Translations under genes and position numbers: made by a program
IMG/VR virus record: IMGVR_UViG_3300005471_000014
Span: 4,927 to 68,926 of that record
Source of the DNA: a virus
Strand: one strand, 5' to 3'
DNA length: 64,000 nt
Shown here: positions 16,933 to 26,478 of the stretch, piece after piece
Numbering within the stretch: the stretch's first letter is position 1
How the letters are laid out: each line of letters opens with the position of its first letter
The notes under the pieces: generated by a model
What the model saw: the letters and a program-made list of their open reading frames with translations, nothing else
Database searches by the model: none
Told to the model about the DNA's origin: nothing

Positions 16933-18386
16933 AGCTCATCAAATACGCGAACGCTCACCCGCTGCTCGTTCGTCAGGCGGCAGCCGCTGAAGCGAGTCTC
17001 GCGCGCCAGTTCGCGAACACGAAGCCGCTGACCGACGAGGAAGTGAAAGTGCTCGCGCAGGAGGCAGCGGACTCGGTCGAGGCGCAACCGGATTGGGCCA
17101 AGCGCGAGCCGGTAGATGATCTACCGCTCAGCGCCGTGATGATGCAGTACCTCGCGCTGCGCACGTACATCAAGAACAAGGGTCGAGTCGTGAGCGCGCT
17201 CGCGGACTTCCAAGAAGTGTTCGGCAAGAACGTGACCTGTCGGCAACTCACCGGCGCGGCCCAGCACACCTTTGTCGCGAACCGTCGCGCGCTCATCGAC
17301 CCGACGACGGGGCTGCGTCAACAAACGGACTGGACGATCCTCACGCGCATGAAGAGTGCGTGGGCGGCGATGAACGATGCGGTTGAGATGAACACGTTGA
17401 AGCGCAAGGCCGTGCCGCGACGGCTGTCGGCGCGCAAGTGGAAGCCGAAGGCGTTCCTGAAGAAGCGCAAGGTGACCCTGCCGTTGGAGTCGATCGCGAA
17501 GTTGATTATGGTCGCGTGGCAGAATCCCGAGCGCTGGCTGCCTTTCATTCTTCAGGGCATCGAGTATTGCTGCCGCCCGATGGGGGCGCTCGATGCCGAG
17601 CCCCGCAACTACGATCCGGAGAGCGAGACCGTCTCACTCCTCGCCTATGGCGAGAATGGCGAACAGGTCGAGGAGAGCGACAAGCGTCGGGCAATCGTGA
17701 AGCTCAGCCCGACGATGCAGCGGTGGCTGAAGTTCTGGTGCGCCAAGAAACGGCAGGCGCCGCAATGGCACGACCCGCAGTTCGTCACGTACATGGGTCA
17801 CCGGATGGTGACGTTCGACTTCTTCATGGTGATCGCGAAGCGCGCCGGGGTCACGATCCCGCGTGGCCTCGGCGCCTACATCCTGCGAAAATTCGCCGCG
17901 TCACAGTTGGCCAAGCGCAAGGTCAAACGGGAGGAACGACGGGTGCGGCTCGGACATGACATCGATCAAGACCCAGTGTCGAGTGGGTACGTGCATTTGG
18001 AGCCCGACTATCAGGCCGAAGCCGCTGCCGCGCTTGAACAGATGTGGCACGAGATCGATGCGTTTCTGCCGCCCGAGATGACGATTCTCGTGCCGCATGA
18101 TGCGGTGGGCGAGTTGGTCAGCGGGGACGCGGACACGGAGGCTGCGGCGCTCTATGTACCGGGAAAGCGGCCCCAGGATCGAGTCATGCACCTCGACCCG
18201 GTGCGAGAGGATCAAGCGGAGCCTGGACGCTACGCGACATGGTTTTGGGAGCAGTTCCAAGGGGCCGCTTTTAGGCTGCATCCGGGACCGTGGCACGAGC
18301 GTGGCACGCGTCGGACGAATCAGCACAGTAAACAGGAGGTTACAGAGACTGTGGCAGTCCCTGACAAGGACCCGCCAAGTGAATGA
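16758..18386 (+). CDS. int: tyrosine recombinase / integrase
   Basis: catalytic pattern R (YCCRP), K (SDKR), YILR (HxxR variant), LGH, Y (GYVH); GGAGG upstream of ATG 16758. Confidence 0.75.
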   Translation: MPREDRLTYKGYYLIEPEANSKSPCYLIAWYDAKSGQRRTRTTGVENVSPESKDQAHLKLIKYANAHPLLVRQAAAAEASLARQFANTKPLTDEEVKVLAQEAADSVEAQPDWAKREPVDDLPLSAVMMQYLALRTYIKNKGRVVSALADFQEVFGKNVTCRQLTGAAQHTFVANRRALIDPTTGLRQQTDWTILTRMKSAWAAMNDAVEMNTLKRKAVPRRLSARKWKPKAFLKKRKVTLPLESIAKLIMVAWQNPERWLPFILQGIEYCCRPMGALDAEPRNYDPESETVSLLAYGENGEQVEESDKRRAIVKLSPTMQRWLKFWCAKKRQAPQWHDPQFVTYMGHRMVTFDFFMVIAKRAGVTIPRGLGAYILRKFAASQLAKRKVKREERRVRLGHDIDQDPVSSGYVHLEPDYQAEAAAALEQMWHEIDAFLPPEMTILVPHDAVGELVSGDADTEAAALYVPGKRPQDRVMHLDPVREDQAEPGRYATWFWEQFQGAAFRLHPGPWHERGTRRTNQHSKQEVTETVAVPDKDPPSE

Positions 18387-18819
18387 AATCACCCACTTGC
18401 AGGTCGTCATTGCGCATCGCATGACAACAGAGAACAATGGCTCGCGGTTGCCTCCGTGGCAGCCCGTGGCAGTCGGTCCTGGCAGGCAGCCGACTCAAGT
18501 AGCACCGCGCTCCTAGAAGCGCACGGGGGAAGGCACTTGAGTACCGACAGCACGCCCAGTGCGCGCGATCGTGCGTTCGCTGCTGGCGAGAGTATTGGCG
18601 AATCGCTCGCGCGCGAGCACACGCACGCCGCCGAGCACGTCTTCCAAGTCTTTGCCGTTGGGGCGCCGTCCGCGCCCGTCACTCACTCCGAAATGTTGCG
18701 CGTCATGTGGGGTAGCTACCTCGGGCACCTCGTGGGTCATACCGCGCGCGTCATCGGCACGGATGTCGCCAGCATGTTGCAGCAGCTCGTCGCCATGCAG
18801 GCCGAGGAGGAGCGCCGCC

Positions 18820-19164
18820 GTGCCAACTAAATCCAAGCCGAAACCGGACCCGGAGGAGTCCATCGGCGTCCCGGACTCCGTGGACAATCATCCGCTGATC
18901 GTCCAAGCACCCCACATTCACAGTGGGCAGGCGATATTTCGGGACATCCCGAATCTCACGGTGGCGCGCGTCCTGCGAGCCATCGCTCACGAGAATCTAT
19001 CCGCCACATTTGTCCTCGCTCTCAATCCGAAGTTGCGGCCGGTCCATCTGGCCGCGAGCCTCCGCTACGCCGCCGATGTAATCGAGGTCGTGGGCCGGCT
19101 TCAGCATCGAGATGCCGAGGAATTGCAAAGCGAACTCGGACGGCGCAAACGCAGGCACAACTGA
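18820..19164 (+). CDS. DUF433-family (antitoxin-like) protein
   Basis: P.IHSGQAIFR...V..VL...P.L....L.A.L.YAA pattern; GAGGAG SD. Confidence 0.65.
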   Translation: MPTKSKPKPDPEESIGVPDSVDNHPLIVQAPHIHSGQAIFRDIPNLTVARVLRAIAHENLSATFVLALNPKLRPVHLAASLRYAADVIEVVGRLQHRDAEELQSELGRRKRRHN

Positions 19165-19186
19165 AAACGCAAATGGAGAGGGAAAC

Positions 19187-19552
19187 ATGGACTCAGTGAA
19201 AGTAGACAAGGCCGAGCTGCAAACGGTCGTCAAGCACAACCGCGAGAAACATCACGCGACATGGAAAGCGGCATTCGATGGCTACCGTCGCGCCGTCATC
19301 ACAGCACTGGAAAACAATTTGGAGGCGTTCAAGACGGGCCGCGCTGAGCGCGTGTTCATCAACGAATCCCCGCCAGAAGATCACACGAAGGACTATGACC
19401 GGGTGCTGTGCATGCTCGACATGAGCAGGGAAGATCAAATTACGCTCTCGTCCGAGAGTTTTGAGCAGTATGTGCTCGACGACTGGAAGTGGAAGCGCGC
19501 ATGGACGACGAGCAATTCCAAGTACCTCGCCAGCGATGTGAACACCCTATGA
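19187..19552 (+). CDS. hypothetical phage protein
   Basis: GGAG SD, helical 121-aa ORF. Confidence 0.7.
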   Translation: MDSVKVDKAELQTVVKHNREKHHATWKAAFDGYRRAVITALENNLEAFKTGRAERVFINESPPEDHTKDYDRVLCMLDMSREDQITLSSESFEQYVLDDWKWKRAWTTSNSKYLASDVNTL

Positions 19553-19715
19553 AACGCAAGGCATCTCCCCGCCGCCGAATCATTCGCATTCGGATCGAGA
19601 AGCCGGTCCTCATGTGGCTGGACAAGGTCGCGATCATGGCGGGGGTCTCGCGCGAGGCAGTGTGTCAGGTGCTGCTCGCGCAGTTCGCGGTGCGCGAGCG
19701 CGAGAGGGAAGCGCC

Positions 19716-20246
19716 ATGAAGAAGTTCTACGCCGGGATCGGCTCGCGCGAAACGCCCACTGATGTATGTGCGCGCATGTCGCGCATCGCCCGAATGCTGC
19801 GTGAGGGCGACTACACCTTGCGCAGCGGCGGGGCGAAACGTGCCGATACCGCGTTCGCGCAGGGTGCGGGCAGCGATGCCGTGATCTATCTGCCGTGGGC
19901 TGGGTTCGACTTTGTGCAGACTGGCGCGAAAACCGTCGTATGTGGCGATGATCCGCGTCTGCGCGCCATTGCCGAACGCCTGCATCCGGCATGGCGGGCG
20001 TGCTCGAAGGGAGCCCGCGCCTTACACACACGCAACGTCGCGCAGATTATCGGCCATGAGCCCGACGATCCCGTGAGTGAGTTCGTCGTGTGCTGGACGC
20101 CCTTCGGCTCGGGTCTCGGCGGAACTGGCGGAGCGCTGCGTGTGGCGAGGGAGCACGGCATTGATGTCTTCGATCTAGCCATCCCCGAGAGTTATGAGGC
20201 GCTGATTGAAAGGATCGTCGTGAAGGAGGCGCTTCAGAGGTTGTGA
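19716..20246 (+). CDS. SLOG / DprA-Smf-like nucleotide-binding protein
   Basis: YAGIGSRETP, LRSGGAKRAD, CWTP..GGTG motifs. Confidence 0.8.
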   Translation: MKKFYAGIGSRETPTDVCARMSRIARMLREGDYTLRSGGAKRADTAFAQGAGSDAVIYLPWAGFDFVQTGAKTVVCGDDPRLRAIAERLHPAWRACSKGARALHTRNVAQIIGHEPDDPVSEFVVCWTPFGSGLGGTGGALRVAREHGIDVFDLAIPESYEALIERIVVKEALQRL

Positions 20247-20810
20247 TGCTGCTGCGGATCGTGGGGCCGGACTTCGTGGCCGGCATCGTACGTGGCGGGG
20301 CCTGTGCGCCGATCCTGCGAAAGCATTTGAAGGGCAAGACGCTGCGGGAAATTCGAGCGTACTGCGCGGAGCGCCGATGGACGGTGGAGATCATCGGAGG
20401 ACACATGCAAGTCAATGAAGAGGTAAAGGGCTGGTGCGAGACGAACGCCGCCATGCTCGAACGCCTGGCGCCAATCGACATCGTGACTGCGTGGGAAGAA
20501 TTCAAGGCGCGCAGCGTGCATCGCTGGCCCGGCGAGCCCCCTCATTGCCCGAGTTGTGCCTGCGGACTGCCGATCGCGCCATGAGCGACATCTTCCGCCT
20601 ACTCAAGCGAATGATCGGACGCACTCAACGTAGCGCGGCTAGCAATGCGCCGCCGTCGCGGAACGTGGAGGTTCGCAGTGTTGAGGCGCTAGAGCGCGTG
20701 CGCGAGCTGCACGAGGGGTCTGCATTCCATGCGGCTGTGAATGGCGACCTCAATGCGGAGGAGTACCTGAAGCTCGATAACTCCAAGGATGCCGAAGATG
20801 GGAGGTCGCC

Positions 20811-21398
20811 ATGATTACCCAAGAGATTATCGAGGCATTCACCGAAGCGGTGTATCCGGGCGCCGGACATTTGGCGCTCGCCAGCTTCAGGCTAGAAAAG
20901 GTGCTGCTCGATGCTACCGAGGAGCTTGATCGGCTGCGAACAGAGCAAGAGCGGTTGATGCGATTGCCCGAACAGGAGTGGGGGGAAGTATGTGCGATTC
21001 TGTTGCAGATACTGGCAAGCGCTGCTCGACAAGGATTCAAGGTCAACGAGACCGACGCCGTTGCCGCGATGGATCGCGGCAAAATGTATGTCGATCGCCT
21101 GCGCGCACGACTCGCTGCCGACGCCCCCCTGACGTGTGCCTACTGTCATGGCAATGACCGTGACATGCCCTGCGCATATCCAAGTGAAAGCAAGCCCGGC
21201 TGTCTACGCGACCAGCGACTCCGAGGCTCGCCGGAGACCCTGGAATCGCGTGCAGCCGCCCTGCTCGCTTCAGCAATCGCGGCGGGCAACGAACCACTTT
21301 CTAAGGCGTGGCGGGTAGATGCCGCAAGCTGGATCAATCAACGGAGCGCTTCGATAAAGCGAACGACCAAGGGAGCAGGATCGCATGTCAACAAATGA
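20811..21398 (+). CDS. hypothetical protein with Cys cluster
   Basis: GGAGG SD; CAYC..C..C. Confidence 0.5.
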   Translation: MITQEIIEAFTEAVYPGAGHLALASFRLEKVLLDATEELDRLRTEQERLMRLPEQEWGEVCAILLQILASAARQGFKVNETDAVAAMDRGKMYVDRLRARLAADAPLTCAYCHGNDRDMPCAYPSESKPGCLRDQRLRGSPETLESRAAALLASAIAAGNEPLSKAWRVDAASWINQRSASIKRTTKGAGSHVNK

Positions 21399-21906
21399 TG
21401 TTCCGGGCTATAAGGCTGTCCATCAGGATCAGCTCGCAATGGGATGTTGGGCCGAGCACGCTGACGGCTCACTCATTGTTGTGGAGTCCACCGAAGGCGG
21501 CCGGGTCGTCTATTCGATTTTCGACATGGAGAAGCAACCGGTAACAGAGTATCGGGACGCGATGGCCGAGGGTGCCTTCAAAAAGGCTTTCTCATGGAAT
21601 CCAAAGGACCCCGCTTCGGAGAAGTGGACTTGGCACGATAAGACGCCGTTCCCGTGGGATCGCATCATCAGAGCAGGAGCGCGCGACGGCACACGTTACG
21701 CGTCCGCCGAGGATCACATCACCGCAGCCGAGCGCATTCGTCGCTCGCGCGAAATTCATCACGCAGAGCCCGTTGACCCGAAGGACATTGAGACCCGATT
21801 CGATCAGATAGGCGAGCGCGCGGCTGATGCGATGATCCGAGCGGTGCAACGGGCGATCGATCGCCTCCCGCCCGGCAAAGGACCGAGCCGGAGGGGCAAG
21901 CGATGA
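21385..21906 (+). CDS. hypothetical phage protein
   Basis: 173-aa globular ORF. Confidence 0.65.
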   Translation: MSTNDVPGYKAVHQDQLAMGCWAEHADGSLIVVESTEGGRVVYSIFDMEKQPVTEYRDAMAEGAFKKAFSWNPKDPASEKWTWHDKTPFPWDRIIRAGARDGTRYASAEDHITAAERIRRSREIHHAEPVDPKDIETRFDQIGERAADAMIRAVQRAIDRLPPGKGPSRRGKR

Positions 21907-22217
21907 AAGCGGACCTCACCGATGGGTTCGTATATGCCGAGGGCATCCAGCGCACGAACGTCGATTGCACTCACTGTTCGAGAGTCTTCGTCGCGAAGAT
22001 CAATCACGACCTCGACGGCAATCACAAGATCATCTGTCCCTATTGCGGTCATGAGCACTGGCGCGCCATCAAGAAAGGCATTGTCACGGCGGACCGTTGG
22101 GGATCACAGCATGGCCCCAATCGCGAGGTACCGACCGAGCGCATGTGGTCGGATCGTACAGTCGGCATTGAGACGAATACGGCTGCCGAATACATCCGGC
22201 GCAAGTGGATCGGCTGA
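21903..22217 (+). CDS. zinc-ribbon protein
   Basis: CTHC...CPYC. Confidence 0.65.
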   Translation: MKADLTDGFVYAEGIQRTNVDCTHCSRVFVAKINHDLDGNHKIICPYCGHEHWRAIKKGIVTADRWGSQHGPNREVPTERMWSDRTVGIETNTAAEYIRRKWIG

Positions 22218-22729
22218 TGACCATGTTCTCCGCAACGAATGCGATCCATACCTACACGTCCGGCACGGCGGCCTCGAATCAATGGGTCCTATATTCGCCG
22301 ACCGCGACCGGGGCCACGACCGCTTCGACATACATCGCGTGGGACACCACCAATTGCGCCGACGTGGTCGCCGTCGCGCAGCGCAAGCTCTCGCACGGCA
22401 TGCAGTATGAGCTGCCCGATGGGGCACTCCTCGACATCGACGACTTGGGCAACTACAAAATTCAGGATCAGCACGCGAAGGTCATCTATCGCGCAAACCG
22501 CGTACGTGAGTTCAATCGCTACCTCAATGCAAGCGATTTGCTTGAGGCGTTCATCGACGATGTCGGCAAGCTCGATGGCGTCGATCAAACGCAGGTGCTG
22601 CGCTTGCCTATCGAGGCGTTCATTAACTGGCTCATCCTTCAGGCGGCGACGAAGGATGGGGACCCGACCGACCATCTCCCGAGCGTTGCGGCGGCACTGC
22701 CCTCGCCCAAATCCCCGGACAAGACATGA
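22217..22729 (+). CDS. hypothetical phage protein
   Basis: TGATG coupling to upstream gene. Confidence 0.6.
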   Translation: MTMFSATNAIHTYTSGTAASNQWVLYSPTATGATTASTYIAWDTTNCADVVAVAQRKLSHGMQYELPDGALLDIDDLGNYKIQDQHAKVIYRANRVREFNRYLNASDLLEAFIDDVGKLDGVDQTQVLRLPIEAFINWLILQAATKDGDPTDHLPSVAAALPSPKSPDKT

Positions 22730-23184
22730 GTGATCCGTACGCAGCGCTGCGCGAATTGCTGACTATCGCGAATGATCCGCGTGATAGCGATGAGCTGCTA
22801 GGAAATGTCTTTCGGAGCCATCTTGCGGAGCTAGAGGAACTTGGAAAGCCCACGCTCGCACCCGACATCGACACCCCGGCCCCCTTGCAGATGGCGCGTT
22901 GGCTCGACGAACGTGCCGAGATCAATTTCAAATACGCGCATCTCCCACCGCAGGCGTGGGAAACCCACACGCTGCCATACATCGCGGTACGGCTAAAGCA
23001 GGCGGCCGAGATCATCCGCCGGTTGTGTCTGCCTCACACTGTCGAGCAGCGACTCGGGGAGGCGCTGCTTAGATTCATCGAGGCGGTAGATGATGAGAAG
23101 GGGACGCCCGCTCAGGATTACATCGAGCACATGATTGCTAATCTGCTGAAGGATGTGCGTCCGTTTCTGAAGCGGAAGACATGA
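22726..23184 (+). CDS. hypothetical phage protein
   Basis: coupled ORF. Confidence 0.55.
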   Translation: MSDPYAALRELLTIANDPRDSDELLGNVFRSHLAELEELGKPTLAPDIDTPAPLQMARWLDERAEINFKYAHLPPQAWETHTLPYIAVRLKQAAEIIRRLCLPHTVEQRLGEALLRFIEAVDDEKGTPAQDYIEHMIANLLKDVRPFLKRKT

Positions 23185-23536
23185 GCAGCTTCAGGGTGTC
23201 GGCGAGGCGGTTCTCACAGATGCGCACGAGCCCAGGATCGTAGAGGTTGTAATCATCTGGAATATTCCAGCAGTACACGGGCTTCTTGCGCGCAATCGAG
23301 TACAGCTTCACGCGTCTAACGTGCACCTCCTCCATGCACACGATCACCTGCGCCCACATGAGGAGAGCGCGACTCAGCGGAGTGCACACGACATCGGCGA
23401 ACGAGCCCTCGTGACGAGGAACCCCGCAAGAGTCCGCCAAGAGTCCGGCCTTGCGCGCCACATACTCCGCAGTCGGCGACCGACACAGATTCGCCGAGCA
23501 GACGAAGAGCCACCGATAGGCCGGAGTGACAAGCAC
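23138..23536 (-). CDS. low-molecular-weight protein tyrosine phosphatase-like
   Basis: P-loop LFVCSANLCRSPTAE, WAQVIVCMEEVH, IPDDY; start approximate. Confidence 0.85.
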   Translation of the reverse strand: MLVTPAYRWLFVCSANLCRSPTAEYVARKAGLLADSCGVPRHEGSFADVVCTPLSRALLMWAQVIVCMEEVHVRRVKLYSIARKKPVYCWNIPDDYNLYDPGLVRICENRLADTLKLLMSSASETDAHPSAD

Positions 23537-23565
23537 ATCGTCAAGCTCACCCGGCCAGCAGTGGC

Positions 23566-23585
23566 CGGTCAATCTTCGCAACACC
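23566..23585 (-). promoter_or_regulatory. phage promoter motif (copy 2)
   Basis: identical 20-mer to 9207-9226, just upstream of the LMW-PTP gene. Confidence 0.6.
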
Positions 23586-23621
23586 TTTGTACGTCACGCG
23601 CGAACGAGCATCGTGCGCGAC

Positions 23622-24047
23622 ATGCGTTACAAGACATTGGGCGATTGCCCTCCGGGCCTGCTGAAGCTGCTTGGCGAACAGAAAGTTGGGCTACCGAAGA
23701 AGCGGGGCAAGTTCGGGAACGTACCGGTCGTGGTGGATGGGGTCCGCTTCCCCTCCAAAGCTCAGGCCAGACGCGACCAGTTCCTGAAGCTCGCCGTAGC
23801 GCATGGCGTCATCTATGGGTATGTGGCCGAGGTCTCACTTCGACTGCCGGGGGGCAATCGGATTCGCTTGGACAGCCTCGTAAATGAGCCCGCCGTCTAC
23901 AAATGCAGCCATTGCGGAGGGCACAATACGGTCGCTACTTTGACTCTCGAAGATGTCAAAGGACATGTGGCAAAGGAGTGGGAGGTCAAACGCAAAGCAC
24001 TCGAAGCAGCTCTCGGGGTGAAGGTCCGCATAGTTTCCGGCCGCTAG
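23622..24047 (+). CDS. DUF1064-like PD-(D/E)xK endonuclease
   Basis: KFGNVPVVVDGVRFPSKAQARR ... EDVKG; CxxC insert. Confidence 0.7.
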   Translation: MRYKTLGDCPPGLLKLLGEQKVGLPKKRGKFGNVPVVVDGVRFPSKAQARRDQFLKLAVAHGVIYGYVAEVSLRLPGGNRIRLDSLVNEPAVYKCSHCGGHNTVATLTLEDVKGHVAKEWEVKRKALEAALGVKVRIVSGR

Positions 24048-24094
24048 AGCTGGACTATTGCCCCTGGGGGCTACGTGGGAGTAGATTCGGGCGG

Positions 24095-24113
24095 TGCAAA
24101 CACCCTGTATGCA
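24095..24113. promoter_or_regulatory. operator copy TGCAAACACCCTGTATGCA
   Basis: degenerate match to palindrome; upstream of csrA. Confidence 0.65.
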
Positions 24114-24183
24114 AAGGGATTGGATCGAAGGAGCGAGGGGAGGTGAAGCAGGCTGGGAAGTCGAGTCACGGAACGAGGTGTGT

Positions 24184-24414
24184 ATGTTGATTCTGACCCG
24201 CCGCACAGGCGAAACAGTCATGATAGGAAATGAGGTCACTCTCACCGTTCTAGGGGTAAAGGGGAACCAAGTACGTATCGGCATCAATGCGCCGAAGTCA
24301 GTCCCCGTACACCGAGAGGAAATTTACGAACGCATCAAGCGCGAGCTGCAAGGCGATGTGGTTGGCAACGTGCAGGACGAAGCCAACACTCGGAGAGCCG
24401 AATTCGCTAGGTAA
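24184..24414 (+). CDS. csrA: carbon storage regulator CsrA/RsmA
   Basis: [48 protein letters not shown]. Confidence 0.95.
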   Translation: MLILTRRTGETVMIGNEVTLTVLGVKGNQVRIGINAPKSVPVHREEIYERIKRELQGDVVGNVQDEANTRRAEFAR

Positions 24415-24548
24415 GCGCTGCTGAAGTAGACGCATCCCCGGTATCTCACCAATGCATCCGCGTCTACGCCAATCCACCAACACAGATGCCTGCGGAGCAG
24501 GGAATGCAGGCATCCCTCACATAACATGGAGTCTGAGGAGTTGGATCG

Positions 24549-24830
24549 ATGAAACCCTGTATCAACGCTCGCGAGTTCGACTGCGAAGGAATGGTAGGCG
24601 ATAACGCCGAAGACGAGCGATGCCGGAACTGTAAGGGATTCCCCAAGCGCTGGAAGGGCAAGCCCGTACACAAGATCGTGAAGCGCTTCAATAATCTGCG
24701 TCGTTGGGAACACAACATGGAACCGTTCGTGCCCTCGAAGGAAAAACAGGGTCACTCGGGAAAGGTGACCCCATTGCACCGCGTTACCGCTACTAGAGTC
24801 GCGGCATCACCAGCACGGCAAAGAGCGTGA
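24549..24830 (+). CDS. small Cys-rich hypothetical protein
   Basis: GAGGAG SD; C..C..CRNC. Confidence 0.55.
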   Translation: MKPCINAREFDCEGMVGDNAEDERCRNCKGFPKRWKGKPVHKIVKRFNNLRRWEHNMEPFVPSKEKQGHSGKVTPLHRVTATRVAASPARQRA

Positions 24831-24833
24831 TGT

Positions 24834-25670
24834 ATGCCAAAACAAATGACTCGCTCAAAATGGGTCCCCGAACTCGCGCGTTCCATCGGTTGGGACCCGC
24901 AGCGTTTGCGGATTCTCTTCAACAAAAAAGGGCTCTTCGCTCCATTCGGAGACGATGACTCTGTAGGGCTGAAGATTCTCGAAGACGCGAAGATCAACAC
25001 GGCCAAATACCGAGCGGCGAAAGCCGCGGCAACGCCAGCAACGCCAACCGCGCCAGCAGCGACGGCGGGCGCGCCTACTGGGAAAGCAAAGAAAGCAAAG
25101 AAAACAAATTCCACCGGCGCGAAGATCAGCGCCGCGTTCCGCAAGAAGCTCGTGCGAAGGCTCGCTCGTTTACTGCCGCAAGGAGATACCGCATACGGCC
25201 AGCAAAAGGTGCGCGATATCCTCGCCAAACACGGGATGAAGAAGCCGTGGAACCATGATAAGAACGAGGCACCAGCCTTGGCGATCTTCCAGAAGGAAGG
25301 AATCCCGATCGACAAGTTCGAGTACGCCAATCCCGGCACGGGCACGGCGCTCGTCCCCGCGACCCCTTCAGCAAAACCTGTCAACGGTGCCGCGGTCGTC
25401 TACCAAAATCCGGAGGCGCTGGTCGGGAATCCGGGCGCCCTCGTCGCGAGCTATAACGAACTTCTCGCGAAGCACGATGACCTCGCGAAACGCCACAACG
25501 ACCTGCTAGGGCGAACCAAGACCTCCGCGGAAATCCTGCACACGTATGCCATCCGTTTGGTCAGCGCGCAGTATCACCGACAATTGCCGGTGGCTGCGGA
25601 CCCACTCGAATATCCTATGACGGCGCTGAACATCTTGCGCGGTTCAACCAGGCGACCGGGGTCTGAATGA
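24834..25670 (+). CDS. hypothetical protein with Ala/Lys-rich linker
   Basis: 278-aa ORF, last rightward gene of the block. Confidence 0.6.
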   Translation: MPKQMTRSKWVPELARSIGWDPQRLRILFNKKGLFAPFGDDDSVGLKILEDAKINTAKYRAAKAAATPATPTAPAATAGAPTGKAKKAKKTNSTGAKISAAFRKKLVRRLARLLPQGDTAYGQQKVRDILAKHGMKKPWNHDKNEAPALAIFQKEGIPIDKFEYANPGTGTALVPATPSAKPVNGAAVVYQNPEALVGNPGALVASYNELLAKHDDLAKRHNDLLGRTKTSAEILHTYAIRLVSAQYHRQLPVAADPLEYPMTALNILRGSTRRPGSE

Positions 25671-25725
25671 AATTTCAAACATGGATCATGGAGCGCACGA
25701 TGCGGCTCAATATTCGAGAGGGACC

Positions 25726-26478
25726 CTATTCAACAGGCGCCTCGGCGCCGACATCCAGTCCGAGCGCTTCTAGTTCCTGCTCAATCTCCGCCATGCGATC
25801 CACGGCACTGACGTGCGCCTGCTCATCAAGGTCCCCTTCAGAGAGTCGTGTCAGCAGCTCAGTGTATTCGTCGTAAAGCTTTTCGGGATCGGCATTGGCA
25901 TGCACCTCTCCGCCATCCGCCATCGTCACCGGGGGAGCCATTGGCGGCGCAGCCAGACTTCGGCGCAGACGATCCAGCGGGGACTCGAAGTCCTCGGACG
26001 GTTGTGGGGATGCCTCCATGAGTGCATCGCGTCCTGCACGCAGGGCCGCGATTGCATCGTCCTTGCCGCGGGCGATGAGATCGCGAATTTCACGGCGCTC
26101 CTTCGCGGAGGGGCCAACCGGCTTCGCGACCTTGCCGCCTTCGGCGAACCGAAAGCGCCCGAGCGTGCTCTGCGCGTGGCGGATCGCATTGTCGGCGGCG
26201 CCGAGCTGTGTGCCTTGCATTCCTGACATCGCGTGGCCCATGAGTGGTGTCGTGGAAAAAAAATTGTGCCCGTGCCCTTGGCCATTATTCATTTGCGCAT
26301 CCATTCCCATCTCTAGTGGCGTTGCGCCTCCGGCTGCGCGCCGGAGAATGCCGGTGCGTTTGTCAGCCTGATTGAACTCATGCGCTACGTGTTGCGGGAT
26401 GCCGCGCTTCTTGGCAAAGGCGGGGTTGTGATCAGCCATCGCCATGAGGATTGCCTGGGACTTACTGTGCGACGGCAT
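25726..26478 (-). CDS. late gene product with repeated xAxGG motifs
   Basis: GGAGG SD; MPSHSKSQAILMAMADHNPAFAKKRGIPQ; FAEGG, MADGG. Confidence 0.7.
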   Translation of the reverse strand: MPSHSKSQAILMAMADHNPAFAKKRGIPQHVAHEFNQADKRTGILRRAAGGATPLEMGMDAQMNNGQGHGHNFFSTTPLMGHAMSGMQGTQLGAADNAIRHAQSTLGRFRFAEGGKVAKPVGPSAKERREIRDLIARGKDDAIAALRAGRDALMEASPQPSEDFESPLDRLRRSLAAPPMAPPVTMADGGEVHANADPEKLYDEYTELLTRLSEGDLDEQAHVSAVDRMAEIEQELEALGLDVGAEAPVE

